A stretch of 64,000 nucleotides of DNA from Vicugna vicugna (lineage: Eukaryota): NCBI GenBank assembly GCA_013265495.1, contig MU058844.1, positions 9,816,184-9,880,183 of the forward strand, written 5' to 3'. The notes under the pieces are model-generated. The model was not told where the DNA came from. It was given only the letters and a program-made list of their open reading frames with translations, and made no database searches. The translations under genes were made by a program, and so were the position numbers. This document shows, piece by piece, positions 12,601 through 27,600 of this stretch. Positions within the stretch are counted from its first letter, which is position 1. Each line of letters opens with the position of its first letter.

Positions 12601-15600
12601 GAACCAAGTACTATTAACCCCCACCAAAATTCTTGTTTTGTTTGGTTTTATGGGGGAAAGTGAGTTTAAATGCAATGAGCCCTGGCAGAACCTCTCCAGA
12701 AATGGTTGTTATTGAGAATGCAGAGTGTCAGAGAGAAAAATCATTATGGAAAACAGGCCAAAAGAGTCACACAAATACGATGCAGTGGTTCAAACAGTGA
12801 GGCCATCAAAAGAATGTGTAATGAGATGGCTGAAAACGTAAGTCTCTGGAATACCTTTATAAAGGAGTTAGAATATTGTATAAGAGCTGGCTTTTCACTT
12901 TCTTCATTTTTCATCACACAAGGCCAACATCTTGCAAAGTCACAGTAAATCAAAGTGGGGGAAGTATTAGGGAGAAAATCGTTGTGTCAGAAGCTGGAAG
13001 GTGGGAGTCAGAGGGATGCATTTTGGAGGAGACAGGGAAGATGAGGACAGTTAAAAATACACAACCACTTTTCTGACATGTATGAGGTCATCAGTTACTT
13101 CTAATAAGATTTCAGGAATTTAAAGAATTTTTGAGACAGGATATAGGGCCACACTTTGAGAAGCCAAATAATGAATGGAAGAGTCCTGATCCTACTCCAA
13201 GGTCAAGAAAAAGGGTCATAAATGAACACACTAAACAGAGGCTTTACCTGTTATCTCTTTACTCCTCACTGTATGAGGTGGATATATAAGTTCTGCTTTA
13301 CAAATGAGGGCACTAAGTCTCCAAAAGTTGACTTTGCTAGGTCACAGACCTAGAAAGGGCAGAGCCAGGGCTAGGATCCTGGTTCATTTCGATTTGAGCC
13401 TCTGCCATATGTGTCTCCTCACATCAACCTCCTGCAAGTTCAACTTAAACACCAATCACGTGGGGATGTAGAAATATCAGTAATGGACCTGATGTAATGA
13501 AGAAAGAGATCATCACGGAAACAAAGAGGAGTATAATGTCTCCTTTTATTGAGCGAGGATAAGGAAATTAATATTGAGTCCCAAGGAGGGTGAAAGGTCC
13601 AATGCCATGATCATCCTTACAAAAGGTCACAATTACTTAACATGAGCCTTACTATATGCCAGGTAGAGTTCTAAGCTCTTTATACACATTAACCCATTAA
13701 ATCCTCATTAACCACCCTGTGTTACAGGGACTCTTATAGTCCCTACCTTAGAGATGAAACTGAAGTTCAGAGAGGTCAGGCCTACTTTCTAAAGGTTAAA
13801 CCATCGGTGAGAGCAAAACCAAGGCTTAAACCTAAGCATTCTGTCCCCTAGGTTTGCACACACAACCTCTCTGCTGTACAGCCCAGTAAGTAACTAAATC
13901 AGAATATAAATCCAGATCGGTACAATACCAAAACTCATGTTCTCTCTACTATGTCACAGGGATTGCAGAGCATATATATAGAGGCAGAATCACAAAGAAG
14001 TATTTCTAGAATCTCTTAGTTTCAAGAGAAAAAACAGGTTTGGCTGGCCATTCAAGAGATGTCATTAGCAGAAGTGGGAGACCTGTCACCTAGTCCTAGA
14101 AAAGCAACATAACTAATTTAAGGCCTTCTCAGTAGGAGCAGAGGGTTAAGCTTGCAAAGCCCTTTGCCCGAGTTGTCAACTAAAGTATCAGAGAACGCAT
14201 GACTCAGCATCTTCTGCACAAAGGAATGGAGTCAGCATTGGATTAAAATTTAACTCTGGGCCAGAGATGTCAAACAACTTGAAGCAAGAACTCCTGGGTG
14301 GCCAGAGTGCATTGAGCATATAATAAGGTCAACTTCTAGGTAGGGGACAGAAATAGAGGAAGGCTGGGGCTAGGAATAGATGGACCACTGTGTGGGGAAA
14401 ACTAACAGTACAGTTAAAAAGAAGCAGGGATTCTGGACCAAAAGACCAAATTAGGAAGCCAACTGCTAAATAACCATCAGGTAGTGCCTCCAAGGTGCAG
14501 TGATTGGCATACTCACTGGTCCTAAGTATGTTTATTTTTTTGTGCCCCGGGAGCTGCCAATATCTGGATATGACTAGTCTGGAATCTTAGAGAGAATTCA
14601 CAGATGAACTGCTGGCTGGGTGAGGTGAATGAAGGCAATGGAGGAAAATCTGCTTGTATTTTCAAATGGAAACAAAGGGGAGGAAAAGACTTTCAGGGTG
14701 AACAGAAGCAAACACATTGTCCTCTTGTATCTCTGAACTGACTTCAACTCTCTTACTTATTTGATTTCTTTAATCAAATGTGCATTGATTTTTTGTTTGT
14801 TTGTTTTTAAATGAGGCCACTTTGAGAAATTTGGCTTCCTAAGACTAAATGGGACAAATCATTTGTCAACAACAGCAACTAAAATCACTGTGTCTTTCTT
14901 GGGCAACTGTTCAAAATTGCAAACACAGCCTTAGAAGGAGGATTTAAATCATAACCAGAGTTTCCAAACAATTCATTAACTTAATTACCATAATAACCAT
15001 TACTTAAGGAAGTAACTTTAACCCCGCTGAATTACTCAATTAACATTTTTCAGATGCTGAAAAGGAATAATAGCACTGAACTAATAATCTATGTCCAAAA
15101 ATGAAATATGATTGAGATAGATTATCTACATGCCTGAATTCACTTCACTTGAAATTTGAAGCTTGTCAAATATTCTGGTGGCAAATCTTCAAAGTTATCT
15201 GGGCCAGAACCAAGTAGAAAGGGCTCACCAAGTTATAAAATTAAAGTGCAGTACCTCATCTTTCCCTGTGAGCAAAGTATCTTCCAAAATTACTCCTGTC
15301 TCTGAAACTAGTACTTTTACTCGGTACTGGTTAATAATTCCATTTGGTTGTTGTGGTTTCTTCCAAGTAATCCTTATTTGAGTGGCTTCTACTTCTGCAA
15401 CCTGTAAGCCAGACACCACACCAGGAACTGAAAAACAAAATAAGGAGAGGGAAAATTAAAAATACACTCTCAAATTTTTAAAATTCTCTACATTCTTTGT
15501 TCATGATTTAAGATATGTAAGCACTTCTATTAGAAAATAGACCAAAACAATTTACTTATTTATTAATAATTAAAAATATATAAGATTCTTTAAGTATACA

Positions 15601-18600
15601 AATATTTAAAGTTAAATTTCTAAACATTGTTCTAAGAAAATGTACATAAGAAATAGGATAGCGTGGAATAATTTCCCCAAATCAAAATGTCATAACATTT
15701 GTTCAAAACAAATTAACAAAAATAAATTCCCAGAGAAAGTTGTTTATGGATGATTAATTAATGTCCAGTAGAAATCTTGAAGGCTTTATAATAATCATAA
15801 CATACAAAAAAATATCCAGAACACTTTGAATGTAATTCCATGTAGTTAGTAAATTCAGTTAAGCTAGTTTAATTTTATTACATAAAATTATTTAAAAAGT
15901 TGACTGATTACTGACTTTACAAATTAATTATGTGACTCAGATTTCAGGTGCTCTCATTCTTTGCAATAGAAAGAAAAAGAGGAGAAGAATAACAATGGAT
16001 TTAAGATGAAGTACCAAGTACTTAAACAAGTTCTCATTTGAAAGTCACTGAGTGGTGATCATTTTGTAATGTATAATAGTATCAAATCACTATGTTGTAC
16101 ATCAGAAACTAATATATTATTGCAAGCCAATTATACATACATACATACATACATATTTGTCACCAAGTGCAACTTCTGGGAAACCAGTGCCACATAATAA
16201 TGAACCAAAAATAAAGCTGCTCTGGGCTTTTGTCCATTTTTTGTATATAGATCAGTTTGTGATTATAAATAGCTAATTCACCCCTCTATCTTTAGTTTTC
16301 TTATCTATAATGGGTGTTATATTGGTCCTATCACTATACCAGGTTATTATAAGAAACAAATGGTTCAAACGACTTTACAAAATGTTGGTTCAAGGAAGAA
16401 AAAATGTGACATAAAAACATTATCCCTTATGATTAGAATGTGGTACACATTAAACTCATTTTCTTAAGCTGAGATATTTCACAGTAGTATGTTTAGTAAA
16501 TTCCAGCTAGAAGAGGAGGGATACATTAGGGGTATAATACAAATGAAAAATGACTCTGTTCTTTAAGGTAACAGAAAGGAACTGAAAATTTGTATCACAA
16601 CTCATGTAAGTATTATTTATAATAATGAACCTAATTGTGCTTAAGTAAACCACACGTAAACTGTATGGAGTTTTCACCCAATAGATTGAATTGTTTCTTT
16701 GTTAATGTGTCTCTACAAAGTAACCAGTAAAAAAAAAAGCCTCCTAGATATGATAACAATATAAATAATTTCAAATATTTGTTCAAGTTAATGGCTAGAT
16801 GGATAAATAAGTCACTCTGGACTGACTGTATTATTTAATTATTGCGGTCAAGTTTCCAGTGTCCATTATGGAGAAAACCTGGGCTCAAACCTGAGAAATA
16901 AACATGGGTACACCTCTAATTTGCTTATTCTTGGAATTCTCTTTTTTCTAAAAACATTTTGGTATATCTCCATATAGAAGGATTTCCCCACAGGTGTTCT
17001 AATCTGAAAAAAAAAAACCTGTTTGACCTCTTTGAAGGATGGAGGAAGAGTTGTAGGCTAGGACCCTACCATTCCTGATTGATTCATTCATCATTCAACA
17101 GAGTGAGCATTCATCATGTGGTCACCATTCTAGGCACTCGAGGGTAGAGAGAGGAATAAGACAGAGTAAGTCCTTTGCACAGGCTACCTCTTATACAAGT
17201 TTTATTTCATTAACATACATTTTCCTAAAGCTTATGTTTCTACCATCATATTTACCAATATACTTTTTCAAGAGGAGAGGAACTTTCCAATTAACATTGT
17301 AGTGTGAAAATAACACAGCCATTTAAACACAAAGATCCAATTCTACCTTTCCTTCACATTGTATTTTAGGATAGCTATGCAGACAGTTTTAGTCAGTACT
17401 GAATAACATAAATCATAAAGGAGATTTGGCATTTTTCCACTGAATTTGAGCTTATGTAGAATCTCAACTAAAGATGCCAATTTAATGACTACATTGATCA
17501 GATTAATCAGGTTACTCAACTCTGTCTACTATACAATGAATTGGTCAGTTTCATGTGATGCAACAAAATAATGTAGTAGGATACCAAAATTTACCCAGCA
17601 GATCAGAATACATATATATATAACTTAGTAAGTATTGCCCCATGACACTAATGCCTAAAATTACAATCCAAGTAAAGGTTAAGTGGTTCTATATTACCCA
17701 AAAAATGGACTCCAAACTTGTGTAAAAATGACTGCAAACTTCTTTCACTTTCTTTTTTTTTTTAACAAAAGAAAAAGCCTAGAGAATAAAGGAAAAGGGA
17801 GTAGACAGTATTGTATCTTGTCTTTAGAAAGACACTCGATATGTTACACCACAAATTCTTATGGAGAAACCAGAGAAGTGTGGATTAGATCAAACTCCTT
17901 TAATATTGATACCAAATTAACTAAAGAAAATCAAACACACAAGGCAATTATTCATGGTTCAGCCTCAGTTCTGAAGGTGTTGTCCATGGGGACTACCTAA
18001 GAATCATTCTCAAGTCAACACATCTATAAATTTTACTAGTAAATTAGAAACAGAGGATACATATAATTGGTACAACATAACTCAAATAATTTTAAGTTTT
18101 CAAATGAAAAACTCCTTAAAAAAAACGAAATAGAGACAAATGGCACAGGGGTAAAGAAAATGCATTAAAATAATTTTTGCAAATTAAACTTCCATTAGAA
18201 GTGCATTTAAAAAAAATCTACTGAAAAAATAAGTCATAGAGCATCCTGAAAAACACAAAACTGACAGTCCCTCAGTGATTTCCCTACAAAGATTTTACTG
18301 CTATTTGCAGAAAGTAGCAAGTTGACATCAGTGAGGACAAAAGTCTTTACTTCCATATTCTTTTTATAGAGGAGTAAATACAGATTTCACTATTTTGTTT
18401 TTAAGAAATGGTAACCTCCTTAAAAGATATTTGACGCTAATGACAGAGAAGTTTAAGGGGACACTGAACCAACAAATTTTACTTAAGATTTTTTAATCCC
18501 CAAATAATAAGAAAATGCTGTTGCCTATATCATATTCAGCAACACTGGCTCATTTTGGAATGGGCAAGTCTATGCTATTTTATACCGCTGGAGATGATTA

Positions 18601-21600
18601 AATTGCCAAATTTTGTAAAATCTTCTCTTCTTCATGCCTATGTAGGAATCTGTTCAGTAAAATATTAAGGGGTAAGTAGAAACCCTACAAAATGCATAGG
18701 ATAACTGCTTTAACAACAGCATGTTGATTTTCTTTGATAATCAAAGTAGACTGTGGACCGTAATGCTCTCAGTGTTAATAAAATCAGCCCCATTATAATG
18801 TGTTGACACATATTTTCTATTAGAAATCAACTCTATTTTTCTATGAATGTCTGAAGATTTCTTAGAACCCCAGTTGTTTTAAAATATGTTAATTTAAAAG
18901 CTAGTTCCTAATTAATTTTTAAATACACTATAGACCACTTTTAAATATGGAGAAGAAAATAGAGCAACTTCAATTAGAATATAAAGAACCCTGCTGTATT
19001 AAGGAATGAAAAGAAAAATCTAAAATTACAGTATCAATTTTAATTGAAAGTGCAGAGTTCTAGTGAGTTATTAGATTGTTCTCATGTAGCTTAAAGACTA
19101 CTTTAATGCAAAGTTTTAATTAGTGGGACCAGGATTAATTACTGCTGTCAGAGCCTACAGTCCACTGAAATTCCTCCTAAGACTGAACCACCCCTGAGAA
19201 CTCCGCCGGGAGGAGGCTGGCATGCAGAGGTAAGAACTGCGCCTCTCTTGCCCTTCGAGAAGCCCACCTGCTGCCAGGGGATCCTCCTGAGAGCCACCTG
19301 GATGGGGTCTATGTGGTGAGTAGCTCAGGAGACAGTATGAAAAAACTTAGGATAAGCTGCTCTCTGTGCAGGGCGAATAATTATCTATTCAAAATAATTT
19401 GGCATGAAAAATAATGTGAAATATATTGAACTATGTCCTTAGAATTCTACTTATTATTTTGTCAGGAAAAAATAAAGGGTAAGGGACATTTAAGTGACAT
19501 TCAAAATAAACAACATGGTATCATACATGGCAATGTGCTATCTATTTCCCTGCTTTTGTCAAATGCTATAGGCGAAGAATAATGACAATAAAACAAAAAT
19601 CTTAAATTGTGGATTCAGCTGAGGAGCACCAAAATCAGCTTGACCTGAAAGAAGACTGGATTTTAATTATGTAACATGAGAATAGAAATTAGTTGGTCAA
19701 TTGGGTTGTTTGAGAAAACGTGATGAAAATCAAAGTCAAGGGCTCTAGTCTGCTGAGGGTCAGGTTGCTCTGTCGTGTTTGAGAGCCACCCATAAATCTG
19801 CCTAGATTTCTTGAAAATGAAGAGCAGGTTCAGGTGGAGATGGGGGACACTTAAAGTCAAATGGAGAAGACATACAATGCTAAGACTCTTCTGATAGAAA
19901 CGGAATGGAAAAAAATCTGATATGAAAAAATAAGAACATTTGGCTTATGAGTGTGCATCTCTTTTTTAATCTGTGTATTGAAACTATATACACATTAAGA
20001 TTTTCATTTCAGATCGATATAACTTTTATGTTCTTTTAACAGCAAAATGCTATCAGCGGTTAATTGTTCTTTGAAAAGAGAGAGGAGGACAAAATTCCCT
20101 AATAGTTGCTGCCCTCTCATGGTCAAACACTTGAATGATTTATCTGATGACGTTAACGCCCAGTCTTGTGTGTGTTGGTGTGCAGGTGCCTATGTGCACA
20201 CGTGTGTATTTAATTCACATGTTACTATATGTTAGCTATCACACAAACAAAATCTGAAAACTTTTTCAAGTTTTAGTGTAATTGTAAAGAAAATACTGTA
20301 TTCTCAATAATTACAATCTACAATAATTGCAATTTTACAATTAAATAGAAATGACAGCACTGAGCAAGCTTGGTGTGGGCCCAGAAAACAGGTTGCGCCA
20401 TGGTATGGTGACATGTTTTTTAAACACTACAATTTTCCTAAAACTGTGATCTTTAATATATACAAATAAAAAATTTCTTCAGGAGAATTTTTTTAAATAA
20501 TTTCATTCTAGGCTAGTAAATTTGTATTATGCACCTTCCAGGAATCACTCCTTGCTTAGAATGTCCTTGTGATTATAAATATACTTTATTATAGTCATTG
20601 TGGGATATATGGATTCCTCTGAACATTATTATGTTGGAAAATAGTCTACGTTAACTAATATGGGTTAAATCATGTTAAAGGCATTTATTTAAGTCTTCTT
20701 GAGATTTTGCCAATATTGATTGTGAATCATGTAGGCTGATACTGCACGTCATGGTTCCTAATCTAAGTTGATCTTTGGTCTCTCTTATTCTGAAGCATGC
20801 TATGGGTGTAATCTTCTGAGGAACACACGTTCAGAATGTATTAGGGAGCAGTCTGATGAGGGAATAACACGAACTGGGTAAATATAAACCAACTAGATTC
20901 TAATATAACGTTTAACCAACCGATGCAATAATATTCTCATTAACACACTCACTAAAGGAGATATTCTTACCCTCTGGAGGAGTGAAGACTGAAATATTTG
21001 ACTTGGGTCCAATCCCTGCACTGGTTTCAGCTGCAACATACACGTCATACATTGTAAATGGTGTTAGATTACTGAATGCAAATTTAAGGTCTTTTGTGCT
21101 ATTATCCAAAATCCGACCTGCAAAACGCAAAAGATAACTTTGGATTATTTATTCGTCAAGTATGTAATTATTCTCACATTTAAGTATAGAGCAATCATAG
21201 TGTTAACCTTTGTTATGGTTATGTGCTAACATTTGTTATGAAAATTTTAAGAGTGAATATATTTTAAACATTTAGCTCTCATAGTATTGCATTGACATCA
21301 ATTTAATTAAACTGGAAAAAAACATGAAAATCTTCCTGTGTTTAAAAATACTTTTACATAATCATAAGGCGCTGTTGAACTACAACTTTATTTTTGACAT
21401 ATTTAAAAGGGACACATTAGTTTTTACCAACATAAAACAGTAACAATGTTTGATACTGAAATTCATTTAATTAAAATGCTAAATAGTCTTATTATCTGCT
21501 ATAAAAAGATATACTGAGAAAGTTTCTCTATTAGCTTCTAAGCAAAATTCCTTAAATCTCAACCTTACCTCTGAAGAGTTCTTTCACCTTCTTGCTCTAA

Positions 21601-24600
21601 CTTAAACCCGGTTCCACCTTAAGAATGCTGCTTCTGTTCCCTGCAGGCAACCCGAATGGTGACAGTCTGTTTTTCCCCAGAGCCCTCAGGTGACGAGGCG
21701 CTCAGGTGTGGTATATGATCCCCTTGCTCCTCAGTGCCCTGTCATAGGCTATTCTGGCTCCCTCCGTAGAAAAGCTCACAGCTGCAGCTCTCATGTCATC
21801 AATGACATCCACCAACCCTCGTGGTTGTAGTCTTCTTCCGATCCCGGGGTCTCCCACCCTCATTCTGGATGGTTTAGCTCCTGCTTCGACGTCACTTTCT
21901 TCAATGCTACCATCTGAATATGTGATGATTTCAATACCCCTGGAGAGAATCCTTAAACCATTCCAAGCTCTCCTTAAATAATCTAGTCCTCCACCCTATC
22001 TCAGTCACTCCCTCATGGTCATAAACTAGACTGTGCTGTTACCAGTAACTGCAAATCCTCCATTATCTCAATTTCATGTAGCTGTCCCTGACCACGCTTC
22101 CTATCTCCTGCTCACTTATTCTAGAAGCCAGAACCAACAATTTTTCAGTCCCCCAGGACCTCCAACTCATTTATCTTACTACTTATTTTATTTGGTTTGG
22201 TTCCTCACCACTTGATGTCCACTCTTTATCCAGTCTCAATGTCATTGTCAGTAATAATCACTGCCTTACCTAAGCCCTCTCTTGCTGATGGGAGCTGGAG
22301 AAAAACACAAATCTGCTCTGACTGATATCACTTTATTCATCCCCATGCTTGAGCCCTAAATGGTGCCCAGCACTTCACTCAACTTCACTAGGGCAGTCAC
22401 TCTACTCTTCTAGATGAACATTTACACTTTCTCTTCCCAGTTGATGGTCTTGCTTCTCATTACACTGGAAAAATTATAGCATCGGCACCCATAGACTCTG
22501 CCTCACAACCTGTTACAATAGACAAAGCATCTGTATTCTTATCTCAAACCATTCCCTACACTTGAGCCAAAGATCTCATTTTCTGCCTACATGAAGACAT
22601 CTTTCCAATAATTCTTGCCTTTTTGCATCACTGTTTTTTCCTTTTTTCTTTATTCCCATCAGAAACAAACACGCTTTGTTTCCTCTGAAAAGAAAACCTG
22701 TTAGCTCTGCTTACCTCCACCCCCAATCCCCTCTTCCATTCACTGCTTCATTTTGCAGCAAAACTCAAAAGAGCTGTCTATCACCCACTGCTCCAATGCC
22801 TTCTCCCATCCTTTCTTAAATCTACTGCAATCAGGCATTTACCCCACATACTGCATCCTAACTGCTCTTGTTAAGATCACTAATGACTTCCATGTTGCTA
22901 AATATGATAGCTGCTAGATGCATCTTACTTGACTTATCAGCCTCACAGACGAAAGAGGAAGTTTTAGAAAATAATACCAAATAGAAAAGGTGTGTCTGGG
23001 TATCCATGTGTGTCTGCGTAATGAAGCGAGAGGGGAAAAAAGAGACCAGAATGTTTTTAGATCTACAATTATTTCAGAATTTTAAGAGCATAAGGTAATT
23101 AGGGATGAGAAATAAAGGTTACTCGTGTAATTCATGATAGATCCCTGGAAGTTTCAAAATGAGTAATCTGGACCTTCATCTATTTTTCCATTCTCCCAAG
23201 TAAATGATAATATGTTAGCATATGTTATTTCATTATTCACAGAACCATAGAACCTCAGAGTACAAAAGAATTTTAGAGTTTACTTAATTAACTTTGAAAA
23301 ATATAGTTTATGAATCCCTCAAAATATCTGGCAAGTGGATGTCCAGCTCCTGCTTGTTTATAAAGTTGGTGAACTGCTACATTATAAAGTTGCCCAGATA
23401 GTTTTTAGAGAGCTCCAATTATTAGAAATGGTTTCCTTATTCTAAGTAGAAATCTGATTTAATATAACCAAGCCCATTGTTCTTCATAAATCTATTTGCA
23501 ATCAGAGTAAGTCAAGGTCCTCCTGTTCAAATATTTGAAGACATGTATCTCCTCTAACACTTCTCTTCTTGAGGAGTTATCTCTTGTTCTTTCAGCTCTT
23601 TGTCATGAAATATGGAACATGGACAGTGTTTTACCATCCTTACAGTTATTTATGGTTTTAAACAAAAAGTTCAGAGAGCCTCACCTTCCTTATTACTTTT
23701 CTATTATTTGCTTCAATTACAGGGTCTTCTATAGAGTTTGATACTGAAAAAGTTTGATAATAGTAATTTATTTTATATAATTTTTACTCCAAGTGATAAA
23801 CACAAAACTGATTAATACTTACCTGATGGTCCATATAATTCAACTCTGTAACTAAATTTTCCTGTTACTATAGTTGGTGGGTCCCATGAAATTGAAAAGG
23901 ACTTTCCTGTAATGTTGCCTGTTATACAGTTCTGTGGTGGTCCTTCAGGCACTAAAATAATTATAGAGGAAAAAAATGAATAAATAATAGATAAATATTT
24001 AAAATTTATTTTAAAGGACCTTATTCAATACACAAAACACACAATCAGAGGAAAAAATAAAATATCACACATCAAACTTTTTTCCACTTAAAAAAAAGCA
24101 AAACATAGACTATGATCGAAGAATTTGAGTAAGTGGTGGATCATTAGACGAAATTCTTATTGGCAACAATTACTAGTTTTATTTAATGCTGTATATGATT
24201 GCACACGGTGCTTCATTCCTATACCGTTCATTGTACAGTTACACTGCTCTGAAGCATTTACATGTATTGCAGTCAACAAGCCCTGGGTATCTGGCTTGAT
24301 AAACATTGCCCCTCAGGTATAAACAGGTAGATGGGTCAAAGGAATAACTTAATCTTCAGAATCTATTGGCAGTGATTTTATTTTTTGTATCAACATCAAT
24401 TTTGTATCAGTATCAATATCTGTATTTGGTTCTGAGAGGAAATTTACAACTTACATTCTAATGTAATATTGGTAACATATAAAACTAATAATGATATTTT
24501 AAAACAGTCTGTTTTTCATAGATGTTTCTATATTTTACTTTTTAATTGAAATGAAACATTCCAAATATTTTTAAAAACAAAGTTTTTGTCTACCAAACTT

Positions 24601-27600
24601 CACTTTGTGTGACCCACAGGAAATGCTTTCTCTTTCTTTCTTTTCTGTAAGAAGTTAAGAGTGTGGAAGAGGAAATGTTCTGAGTCAAAAATATTTAAAT
24701 CAAGAAAAAGCTTTCAACCTTACATGTAGTGAAATAATAAGACCGGATACCTACATCCTCAGAAAAAAATACTACACTTTAGTGAAATTATCCTATCGGT
24801 AATAATTTCCAGTAACCCCCCAAATTATCAATCACGACTCAATGTCTGATACTATAGATTCAGTATGGTATTATGTAGTATGGTTATATATGCGTGTGTG
24901 TGTATATATATATATACATTTATATGGACACTGATATAATATCATAGCTAAATATATAAATATCACATCCAGAAATATGTACTCTTAGAATTTAGTAGTA
25001 ATAATAATATCTAATTGTAACTCATTCAGTACTAACACCATCTTCCTAAGACAGGTACTATTCCTACCTCCATTTTTCACGTAAGGAAACTGTAGTACAA
25101 AGAGGCTACAGGTAGGTATTTTTTAACTACTGTTTTTATCTGGTACTGAAATGTCAATCTCATGATATTTCTGCTCCTGCAGGAGTTATCTCCACACCTG
25201 GTAACAGCAATATCAGTGAGAGAAGTCATCTACAGATGGCTATAAAAGATGTAGAAGGGCAGAGATGATTATGAAAAATTGCTGAGATCACAGAATGCTT
25301 AAAGCTGATCTAGTATCACGGTTATCAGCTCAAGACTCTTTTCTTTCAAATCTCCTTTCTCCTTTTAGTGGCTCATGTTTGTATCAAAAAAGAGCACTAA
25401 AATTGAAGATGCTCGAGATGGGATGCCTATTTTTTGTTATTAGGGAGAAAAAAGTTACTGAAAGGGAAGGAGGGTTTTAACAAAAATATCTATATGAAAA
25501 GATTAAAGATGATTCTATGAATCATTTAACTTTTTTCCCTACAAAAAAAAAAAAAAAAAAAAAAAAAAAGAAGAGAAGCCATACCTGATTCTGGTGTCCT
25601 GACAATCGTACTATCAATATAACCTGCTTCAGTTGTAACGGCAGAAACTTCAAAAAGATACGTTGTGTAAGGTCTCAAGTGTGTCACTACAAAACTGACA
25701 GGCTCCTTCCACACGGAGCTAACCTTGCTCCGTGCCAGCATGCTCGAAGGATACGTGGTGCGTGATGGAGGCGTGACTCTACCAGGGGCTGGAGAAGGGC
25801 TGGTTGTACTCCATAAAAAAGACTCATTATTATCCTAGTGAATAAAACAAACATCAATGGAAAAACAATACGGTGTCACTTGGTGAAGATGTCAGTGTAA
25901 TCCATGCTTCTCTTTATACGACAAATGCTATTCTTAATTGGTATGGGAATGTGTATGATAAAGAGTTTAACAGATTAATTTACCCATTATAACTGTGGAC
26001 AAATTTGCTCGATTTTATTTATACCCTTTATTGTTCAGTTATACCATTAATACCATCGTCCACAGTTTTAGAACAGAACATATTTATTGCATTCCTTCTA
26101 CCTTAAATCTTTCTTATGAATAGAATTTCATGTAGCTTTGAATAAAGGTAAAACCATAGCAAAATCATTAACAATTTTTTCAATTTATGTTAGAAGGTGC
26201 AAGAGCCAAAGAGATGAAATGTTTTCTCTGTTGTGAAATTTCAAGCATAGGTCCCAGGTCCCTTTCTGACTGTCACTATCATTTTTTTTCCTGTATAAGT
26301 ATTTGAAAGATAAAGCCAATAGAACATATATGTGTATATGTGTGTGTGCCTGTTTGTATTAGAAATATATCCTAATTTAAAACTTTTTGAGACTTTTATA
26401 ATTTAAAGCATTTAAAACAAAAGTAATTTTGTTTGTTTCTTCATCAATAATATCACAAAGATCACCAAAATTACTTTTTAAAAAGCATTATTACAGTACT
26501 TCCAGGGATTTCACACCAATGTCTAGAGTTATAACAAATTCTTCACTAAAGATAATATACAACAAAAACAATCTACTTTCACAAACTTAACCTTCACTAT
26601 TCCCCTCCCCTCCCGTCACACAGGAGTATTCTTTTTTCCAGTGATATCCTGTATTTTCCCACTTCATGGCTTATAAAGTAACCAACCTCCACCCTCACAT
26701 AATCTCCACTTATCCCGCTTCCAAGGTCTATCACAAATGTTGTGCCTTTCAGTCTTTCCAGAGCTCACAAAGTGATTCTGATATCTCACTATTCTCAAAC
26801 TCTACTCTAATTCTACCTTGAATATTGCCAATTGTACATAACATGATACTATAACTTCATACTTATGTAATTAAATAACTAGTAATCACTTTGGTAAAAT
26901 ATACAGTATTCATACGCTGGAAACCTTAAGGTGTAAGTTTACCTAAAAATTTTGAGACATAGAAAATGTTCCATGATGCTTACGTTACATTCTGGCAATT
27001 TCCCGGTCAGGATGTCCTCCACTCTGATTGAAACATCCTTCACTACTATCCCACTTCTGGCATGTTTGACACTTATTTTGAAGCTGGTAATTTTTCCATT
27101 TGGTTGCCAAGGTAAATACCAAATCAGGTTTACTGCTGAATAGTTAAAGGCCTCAACTGTGAGATTCACCACTTTTCCTGGAGCTGGGGAAGGGAGAGGG
27201 ATTGAAGGAGAGCAAAAAACATTGTTATGAAACTGAGAATAGCATTTACCTATTTGGGATGTTACATTTCCCATATTACATGAAATGAAATACACAATAT
27301 ATTGGATAAAACTTACTTGGGTAATACTTTTTAAAGTATATTTGATTTTTGCCTAAAATAAAGAACTGGAAACTGGGCCCAAAGAGTTGTGTTTAAGAGG
27401 CAGATAAGTTTTACTTCACGTTTATTTGGCCAATATATCTATCAATAAATTATTTCAATTAAGTCTGGAAAAATAATCAATAGCTGTTTGTGTTATACAA
27501 ATTTGAATACTGAATATCTTAATTCCTAAAATATTCTGGAATTAAATAAATTTCTTAGATAATGAAGAAGTGGTGAATTCAAACAATTATCCAACCATTT

